This document shows, one piece after another, positions 10,369 through 17,200 of a stretch of DNA of 64,000 nt. Source of the DNA: Tubulanus polymorphus (Eukaryota > Animalia > Nemertea); assembly GCF_964204645.1 (NCBI RefSeq), contig NW_027437445.1, positions 52,937-116,936 on the forward strand, in the 5' to 3' direction. The notes below the pieces were generated by a model. That model was not told the origin of the DNA. It did not search any database and was given only the letters and a program-made list of their open reading frames with translations. Positions within the stretch are counted from its first letter, which is position 1. Each line of letters begins with the position of its first letter. The position numbers and the translations under genes were made by a program.

Positions 10369-10977
10369 ATGAATAAGGAATTATTCATATTTGAGCCTCA
10401 TAATATGTTAATTTCTGGTGTAACAAATTGTGGAAAAACTTATTTTATATTAAATTTATTAGAAACTGTTTACAAAAACTATTTTGATAATATAGTATTA
10501 TTTTGTCCAACATATGAATTTAATCAAACTTATGATAGAAATATTACTAGGAATAATAAATTTATTATATTAGATCCTAAAACAGTAAAATAAAATTTAG
10601 ATAATTGTATAAAAATAGCAATTGATATTTATAAAGGATCAAATACATTATTTATCATAGATGATTGTGCTAATCTACATGATTCAAAAGTTAGAGAAAG
10701 TGAGTTATGTTATTTGGCTTTCTCTGGAAGACATTTTGGGATAACAACTTCGGTTTTAAATCAAAAATATAATTCAATTGTTAAAGACTTTAGAGAAAAC
10801 ATTAGATTTCTAGTTTTATTCTACAATAAAGATAGAAAATCGATGAAAAATGCACTTGAGGAAAATGATATTATTCCACATGATTTACATAATGAATATA
10901 TGGATAAGTTGAAAAATATTAAAAGATCAAAATTACTATTTAGATTACAACACCCATTTAAATATGAATTTATTTAA
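10369..10977 (+). pseudogene. A32/FtsK-like DNA packaging ATPase with one in-frame TAA at 10591-10593
   Basis: Walker A GVTNCGKT. Past the TAA the same frame gives Walker B LFIIDD, then SGRHFGI and NQKY motifs; 202 codons in total. Confidence 0.9.
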
Positions 10978-10980
10978 ATT

Positions 10981-11228
10981 CAATTAGTTTGTTAATCTAG
11001 TTGAATTCTAGTTATTGGTAGTTGTAACAAAAATCAAATAGATTTAACAATATTTTAACTAGCTTGTTAATCTATTTTAATTCTAGTTACATTCTAGTTG
11101 AATTCTAGTTGTTAGTAGTTGAAACAAAAATCAACTAGATTTAACAAGAAATAAACAAAAACAACAATATTTCAACTAGCTTGTTAATCTAGTTGAATTC
11201 TAGTTACATTCTAGTTAAATTCTAGTTG
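10981..11228. repeat. Intergenic composite repeat built from ~10-bp TTCTAGTT units, with direct and inverted copies
   Basis: 66-bp direct repeat at 11046-11111 and 11163-11228 (62/66 identical); partial copy 10997-11050 similar to 11093-11147; inverted pair TTGTTAATCTAGTTGA (10989-11004) / TCAACTAGATTTAACAA (11131-11147). Confidence 0.85.
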
Positions 11229-11261
11229 CAACATCACACAATTAATTTTTTTGTTATATAA

Positions 11262-11867
11262 ATGGGAGGTGAAAAGAAAATAAAATCTAAAAATGGTGAT
11301 GTTCCAATTGAAAAAACTTTAGATGATTTAGGAATAACAGAAACAAAATTTACTCCAGATGATGGTGCTTTAAATATTGTTACAACAAATAATAATTATG
11401 AATATTATCTTTATTGTAAACATCAATTAGAAATATTAATAGCATCTGGAAAATGTAAAAATTTTGTCGGTAAAAATTTAACTTATAATGAATTAGACAC
11501 AATGAAATCAGATGAAATTATTAGATTATTTAAGATTTATGAAGCCGCGAGAACAGCTAGAATTAATGACGCGATATCAGAAAATGTAGTAAAAGGTTAT
11601 AGTAAATTATGTAATTATATACTACCAATTGAAAATGAAAATAGATTATATTCCGATTTAAAAAATGATTATTTAGTTATGACTGAATTAAATAAATGGA
11701 TTGGATATTTATCATTTCAATTAGGTGGATTTATGACATTATTATCAACTGGAGTTATAACATTTTCAAATATTGAAAGTAAAAATATTTCTATAATAAA
11801 TGAGCGAGGTGAAAGAAGTGAAGGAATTAACTGTGAAGAAAAAACCGAGAACTCAGAAACAAATTGA
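11262..11867 (+). CDS. Hypothetical protein (201 aa) with hydrophobic C-terminal segment
   Basis: TATAAATG start preceded by a T-tract; helical; WIGYLSFQLGGFMTLLSTGVITF. Confidence 0.8.
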   Translation: MGGEKKIKSKNGDVPIEKTLDDLGITETKFTPDDGALNIVTTNNNYEYYLYCKHQLEILIASGKCKNFVGKNLTYNELDTMKSDEIIRLFKIYEAARTARINDAISENVVKGYSKLCNYILPIENENRLYSDLKNDYLVMTELNKWIGYLSFQLGGFMTLLSTGVITFSNIESKNISIINERGERSEGINCEEKTENSETN

Positions 11868-12168
11868 ATGGTCTCGACAATTAGGAATTAAATCACAAGA
11901 ATATAAAAAAGCTGTAAAAGAAAAAATAAGTAATAAAAATGTTAATAAAAATGGTGAAAATATTGTTATTTCTACTCCTTCTGATAGTAGAATATTTGAT
12001 AAATATTTATATTTTACAGTTGGATTTGTAATTGTATTCATTTTGATTGGGTGTAATTGGTATAAGAAATCAAATAAAATTCATGATATTAGTAATTCTG
12101 AACCAACTGCTATCAAAAATGAAAGTACTTCTGAAATTCCAAAATTGATAATAAAAAAAATGGATTAA
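11800..12168 (+). CDS. Basic single-TM protein (122 aa)
   Basis: TAAATG start inside the upstream ORF; basic KKKPRTQKQIEW segment; TM YLYFTVGFVIVFILIG. Confidence 0.75.
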   Translation: MSEVKEVKELTVKKKPRTQKQIEWSRQLGIKSQEYKKAVKEKISNKNVNKNGENIVISTPSDSRIFDKYLYFTVGFVIVFILIGCNWYKKSNKIHDISNSEPTAIKNESTSEIPKLIIKKMD

Positions 12169-12514
12169 TATTTTAGAAAAAAAGCAAAAAAAATAATTGA
12201 ATATCTCATTACTTTTGTCTATCACTGTGGAGCAATTAAATTGTCCAGATAAGTCATTTCGGATTCTAGATATTCATTATTTTTATTAATTTATTTTGTT
12301 TTTATTTGAATATTTGAATTTGAATTTGTTAATCAATTAACATAGTAATTGATTACTAATTTGATTAAAAATTATATCATAATGAAGTTAAAAATACATA
12401 ATTCATTTATCAGTTTTCATTCTTACATTCTTTTCATTCGGAATAATTTATAATTTCAAATTTCACATATTTTTTTTTAGCACCAACAACATTTACTTAG
12501 GTGTTTTAGCTAAG

Positions 12515-12521
12515 TATATAA
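12515..12521 (+). promoter_or_regulatory. Putative TATA box for the structured RNA
   Basis: TATATAA begins 31 nt upstream of the first paired base (12546). The AT-rich context lowers its specificity. Confidence 0.5.
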
Positions 12522-12545
12522 GGCAATTCATTCAACCACTGGAGT

Positions 12546-12834
12546 GCCGCCGGGCTTGGCTTGCAGGGGCATTTCGAAAATGCACCTTTGTCCACCCTCC
12601 GTGGTTCTCCTTCAGTTTCGACTTTCGATCCTCCTTTCGGGGGTAAGGGGTTGATAGGAAATGCATTAGGCGCCTTTAATATAATGTGTTTCCTGTCAAC
12701 CATTGAAGGAGAATTGGTGAGGTGTGGGTCACAGGGGTGTAATTAGAAATGCTTGGGGATAGGTATCTCGTGGCGCCTCTCAATAACGGGATGCTTATCC
12801 CCTAAAAACTCTGTGAGTCAAGTCGGGTGGTTTT
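12546..12834 (+). ncRNA. Putative ~286-nt multibranch structured RNA of unknown family with twin GGCGCC hairpin loops
   Basis: Nested stems paired by hand: 12546-68/12809-31 (23 bp, 1 mismatch), 12569-75/12746-52, 12581-91/12731-41, 12602-16/12702-16, 12649-68/12682-701 and 12755-71/12786-802. They contain 20 G-U wobbles on the + strand. The region is a GC-rich island in an AT-rich element and ends in TTTT. Confidence 0.8.
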
Positions 12835-13174
12835 GCTAAAACTTACCGTAAAAACATTGAAATATTCCTTTTAATCACGAGAGAATGATGACTATCCTCC
12901 TGTCGTCACGGCTGAGCTAATTTAAATAAACCTCGTTTTCAGCAACTAATGAAAACGTAGTAATTCAATACCAGCTAACTGGCTTGTGTGTGTTGTATGT
13001 ACTGCGTGCTTATTATATAACAACAACGTTGTGCAACACCTGTTTGATTGATCAATATTCAAATGAAGCACTCTCTTATAATAATATGTAACAGATGTAC
13101 TGTATGATTATAGTTGTTTATAAAACGACTAAGGTCATTTTGGATTCTAGATATTCATTATTTTTATTTCTTAT

Positions 13175-13501
13175 TTAATCAACAATTTCTAAATCATGAT
13201 GACCGTCTTCATTTTTCCCATGATATATTATTTTAAATCCTACTAAATCTTTCAATTCCTCCATACTCAATGAAACCCATTTATCGGGTAAAAACACTTT
13301 AAATTCTCGTGATGTACTAACATTACAGTAGCTTAAATTAGCTGATACTTTCTCTCCATATTTAGTTTTTATCTTTTCTAATTTCAATATCTTATGTTCA
13401 ATTTCTTTTGTAACATCAACTAACTTTTTTATTTCAAATTGTTTTTTTGCTGGTTTTATTCTGTTATTTATTGTTGCTAAGAATGCTTTTCTATCTCCCA
13501 T
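13175..13501 (-). CDS. Small protein (108 aa), probable OB-fold ssDNA-binding protein
   Basis: TATAAATG start; KKL..V, KTKYGEKV, KVFLP and IIYHG pattern recalled from small Polinton proteins. The OB-fold assignment is an inference. Confidence 0.6.
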   Translation of the reverse strand: MGDRKAFLATINNRIKPAKKQFEIKKLVDVTKEIEHKILKLEKIKTKYGEKVSANLSYCNVSTSREFKVFLPDKWVSLSMEELKDLVGFKIIYHGKNEDGHHDLEIVD

Positions 13502-13537
13502 TTATAAGGAAAACAAATTACTTGTGGTGATGAGTGG
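13497..13537 (-). promoter_or_regulatory. Duplicated upstream/promoter block, copy 1
   Basis: 40/41 identical to 14127-14167; spans the ATG plus 36 nt upstream (CCACTCATCACCACAAGTAATTT.TTTTCCTTATAAATG on the - strand). Confidence 0.75.
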
Positions 13538-13636
13538 GGATTACTTCCCCTTGTATATAACAAACACGCTATTAACCGTTCTCACCCAAGCCTCACTCTA
13601 TTTATCCAGGTACAGTTAACACACGCGCAGCTGTTG

Positions 13637-14131
13637 TTACGCGCACTCACTGTTTATGTGTGTCACAATTTTACTACGTAATATTTCTAAAATTTCAATT
13701 GTATCTTTTATTTCTAGTGAATCAATATAATTTCTAACATTTTCCATGTAAGGTTTATTAGAAATGGATTTAGTTTTTGAAGTTGATTCTTTTACTTGTT
13801 GAGGTTTATTATCAAAATATTCTAATCCTAAAACATTTTTATTTAAATTTTTATAATGTTTTTGTGATTCGAGATGTCTATTATAATTCCTTTTTACTAT
13901 AAATTCATTACAAACTTCACATTTTATTTCATCCACATTCATATTTTCTAATCGTTCTTTTCTTTCATTGGAATTTTCTGGAGTTTCAAAATCTATTACA
14001 TTTTTTATATGATTTGCAGTTTTTTCATGTCGTGTTTTATGAGATGTATCGATGTATTTTTTACAATATTGACAATAATATTGATTTTTATTGACATTAT
14101 TGTTTTCTAGTTGGTGTTCATTCTCCCCCAT
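13637..14131 (-). CDS. Zinc-finger protein (164 aa) with two U1/matrin-like C2H2 fingers
   Basis: YYCQYCKKYIDTSHKTRHEKTANH and IKCEVCNEFIVKRNYNRHLESQKH; TATAAATG start. Confidence 0.85.
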   Translation of the reverse strand: MGENEHQLENNNVNKNQYYCQYCKKYIDTSHKTRHEKTANHIKNVIDFETPENSNERKERLENMNVDEIKCEVCNEFIVKRNYNRHLESQKHYKNLNKNVLGLEYFDNKPQQVKESTSKTKSISNKPYMENVRNYIDSLEIKDTIEILEILRSKIVTHINSECA

Positions 14132-14167
14132 TTATAAGGAAAAAAAATTACTTGTGGTGATGAGTGG
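14127..14167 (-). promoter_or_regulatory. Duplicated upstream/promoter block, copy 2
   Basis: 40/41 identical to 13497-13537, at an offset of 630 bp. Confidence 0.75.
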
Positions 14168-14216
14168 TGTGTCGCCCTCTCGCCCTCTGATCTGAAAGCC
14201 TACATTCCCAATTACT
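14168..14216. repeat. Right terminus of the element (presumed outer part of the terminal inverted repeat)
   Basis: Ends ...ATTACT, which fits the AG...CT termini of Polintons; contains CGCCCTCT twice (14173-14188). The partner TIR is not in the window, so TIR length is unknown. Confidence 0.65.
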
Positions 14217-17200
14217 AACGTCGTTCAGCGCGAGAAAAGACGTTTTCTCGTCAACTTATCTCCGTATCGGAAAAATGATAATGTCGATGCGCAAAAGCGC
14301 TCAAATCGTCAGGAAAAGCACTTTTCGACCCGAAAACGTCGTTCAGCGCGAGAAAAGACGTTTTCTCGTCAACTTTTCCCCGTATCGGAAAAATGATAAT
14401 GTCGATGAGCAAAAGCGCTCAAATCGACGGGAAAAGCACATTTCGGTCCGAAAACGTCGTTCAGCGCGAGAAAAGACGTTTTCTCGTCAACTTCTCCCCG
14501 TATCGGAAAAATTAAAATGTCGATGCGCAAAAGCGCACAAATCGTCGGAAAAAGCACATTTCGGCCCGAAAACGTCGTTCAGCGCGAGAAAAGACGTTTT
14601 CTCGTCAACTTCTCCCCGTAACGGAAAAATGATAATGTCGATTCGCAAAAGCGCTCAAATCGACGGGAAAAGCACATTTCGGTCCGAAAACGTCGTTCAG
14701 CGCGAGAAAAGACGTTTTCTCGTCAACTTATCCCCGTATCGGAAAAATGAAAATGTCGATGCGCAAAAGCGCTCTAATCGACGGGAAAAGCACATTTCGG
14801 CCCGAAAACGTCGTTCAGCGCGAGAAAAGACGTTTTCTCGTCAACTTCTCCCCGTATCGGAAAAATGAAAATGTCGAAGCGCAAAAGCGCACAAATCGTC
14901 GGAAAAAGCACATTTCGGCCCGAAAACGTCGTTCAGCTCGAGAAAAGACGTTTTCTCGACGGGAAAAGCACATTTCGGTCCGAAAACGTCGTTCAGCGCG
15001 AGAAAAGACGTTTTCTCGTCAACTTCTCCCCGTAACGGAAAAATGATAATGTCGATGCGTAAAAGCGCTCAAATCGTCAGGAAAAGCACTTTTCGACCCG
15101 AAAACGTCGTTCAGCGCGAGAAAAGACGTTTTCGTATCGAATATTTCCCCTATCGGAAAAACGACGTTGTCGATGCGTAAAAGCGCTCAAATCGTCAGGA
15201 AATGCACTTTTCGACCCGAAAACGTCGTTCAGCGCGAGAAAAAGACGTTTTCGTATCGAATATTCCCCCTAGCAGAAAAACGACGATGTCGATGCGTAAA
15301 AGCGCTCAAATCGTCAGGAAATGCACATTTCGGCCCGAAAACGTCGTTCAGCGCGAGAAAAGACGTTTTCTCGTCAACTTCTCCCCGTATCGGAAAAATG
15401 ATAATGCCGATGCGCAAAAGCGCTCAAATCGACGGGAAAAGCACATTTCGACCCGAAAACGTCGTTCAGCGCGAGAAAAGACGTTTTCTCGTCAACTTCT
15501 TCTCCCCGTAACGGAAAAATGATAATGTCGATTCGCAAAAGCGCTCAAATCGACGGGAAAAGCACATTTCGGCCCGAAAACGTCGTTCAGCGCGAGAAAG
15601 ACGTTTTCTTGTCAACTTCTCCCCGTATCGGAAAATGAAAATGTCGATGCGCAAAAGCGCACAAATCGTCGGAAAAAGCACATTTCGGCCCGAAAACGTC
15701 GTTCAGCGCGAGAAAAGACGTTTTCTCGACGGGAAAAGCACATTTCGGTCCGAAAACGTCGTTCAGCGCGAGAAAAGACGTTTTCTCGTCAACTTCTCCC
15801 CGTAACGGAAAAATGATAATGTCGATGCGTAAAAGCGCTCAAATCGTCAGGAAAAGCACTTTTCGACCCGAAAACGTCGTTCAGCGCGAGAAAAGACGTT
15901 TTCGTATCGAATATTTCCCCTATCGGAAAAACGACGTTGTCGATGCGTAAAAGCGCTCAAATCGTCAGGAAATGCACTTTTCGACCCGAAAACGTCGTTC
16001 AGCGCGAGAAAAAGACGTTTTCGTATCGAATATTCCCCCTAGCAGAAAAACGACGATGTCGATGCGTAAAAGCGCTCAAATCGTCAGGAAATGCACATTT
16101 CGGCCCGAAAACGTCGTTCAGCGCGAGAAAAGACGTTTTCTCGTCAACTTCTCCCCGTATCGGAAAAATGATAATGCCGATGCGCAAAAGCGCTCAAATC
16201 GACGGGAAAAGCACATTTCGACCCGAAAACGTCGTTCAGCGCGAGAAAAGACGTTTTCTCGTCAACTTCTTCTCCCCGTAACGGAAAAATGATAATGTCG
16301 ATTCGCAAAAGCGCTCAAATCGACGGGAAAAGCACATTTCGGCCCGAAAACGTCGTTCAGCGCGAGAAAGACGTTTTCTTGTCAACTTCTCCCCGTATCG
16401 GAAAATGAAAATGTCGATGCGCAAAAGCGCACAAATCGTCGGAAAAAGCACATTTCGGCCCGAAAACGTCGTTCAGCGCGAGAAAAGACGTTTTCTCGAC
16501 GGGAAAAGCACATTTCGGTCCGAAAACGTCGTTCAGCGCGAGAAAAGACGTTTTCTCGTCAACTTCTCCCCGTAACGGAAAAATGATAATGTCGATGCGT
16601 AAAAGCGCTCAAATCGTCAGGAAAAGCACTTTTCGACCCGAAAACGTGGTTCAGCGCGAGAAAAGACGTTTTCGTATCGAATAATCCCCCTATCGGAAAA
16701 ACGACAATGTCGATGAGTAAAAGCGCACAAATCGTCAGGAAAAGCGCATTTCGGCCCGAAAACGTCGTTCAGCGTGAGAAAAGACGTTTCCTCGTCAACT
16801 TCTCCCCGTATCGGAAAAATGATAATGCCGATGCGCAAAAGCGCTCAATTCGACGGGAAAAGCACATTTCGGTCCGAAAACGTCGTTCAGCGCGAGAAAA
16901 GACGTTTTCTCGTCAACTTCTCCCCGTATCGGAAAAATGATAATGCCGATGCGCAAAAGCGCTCAAATCGACGGGAAAAGCACATTTCGGCCCGAAAACG
17001 TCGTTCAGCGCGAGAAAAGACGTTTTCTCGTCAACTTCTCCCCGTATCGGAAAAATGATAATGTCGATGCGTAAAAGCTCTCAAATCGACGGGAAAAGCA
17101 CATTTCGACCCGAAAACGTCGTTCAGCGCGAGAAAAGACGTTTTCGTATCGAATATTCCCCCTATCGGAAAAACGACGATGTCGATGCGTAAAAGCGCTC

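Larger units (their letters stand above)
12253..13168. repeat. 35-bp direct repeat pair (12253-12287 and 13134-13168) bracketing the non-coding cassette
   Basis: GTCATTT(C/T)GGATTCTAGATATTCATTATTTTTATT, 34/35 identical. Confidence 0.9.
1..14216 (+). mobile_element. Polinton/Maverick (polintovirus-like) element, right part; left end lies outside the window
   Basis: pPolB, RVE integrase, A32-like ATPase and major and minor capsid genes occur together in a compact, apparently intronless AT-rich block. The block ends ...CCCAATTACT (5'-AGT on the other strand), immediately followed by satellite sequence. Confidence 0.95.

Noticed and set aside
8539-10593. TAA reassigned to Gln (ciliate-type code) or programmed readthrough explaining the MCP and ATPase stops
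   Set aside because: TAA is the normal terminator of most genes here, including right after the conserved pPolB end YGH, and the two stops share no recognisable readthrough context. Nonsense mutation is the simpler explanation.
11046-11228. 117-bp spacing of the intergenic repeat as a relative of the 118-bp satellite
   Set aside because: There is no sequence similarity (AT-rich CTAG units versus a CpG-rich monomer); the similar period appears coincidental.
4786-12041. Antisense ORFs 4786-4992, 6871-7092, 7471-7704, 10197-10388 and 11853-12041
   Set aside because: They are shadow frames opposite well-supported genes in AT-rich DNA.
12506-12746. ORFs 12506-12703(-) and 12561-12746(+)
   Set aside because: They are short, lack the TAAATG start (one begins at TTG) and have an amino-acid composition unlike the element's genes. 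They are a by-product of the GC-rich structured region.
12546-12834. Identification of the structured RNA as 7SL/SRP, tRNA or a self-splicing intron
   Set aside because: The size and GCCGGGC near the start recall 7SL, but I found no SRP helix-8 motif, no cloverleaf or exact B box, and no group I/II core. It also does not interrupt a gene.
13527-13537. Hammerhead ribozyme core suggested by TGATGAG
   Set aside because: The sequence is GTGATGAG, not CTGATGAG, and lacks flanking stems and a correctly placed GAAA. Its position upstream of ATGs fits a promoter motif better.
14217-14334. CENP-B box in the satellite monomer
   Set aside because: By eye I found no match to TTCGNNNNANNCGGG on either strand of the consensus.
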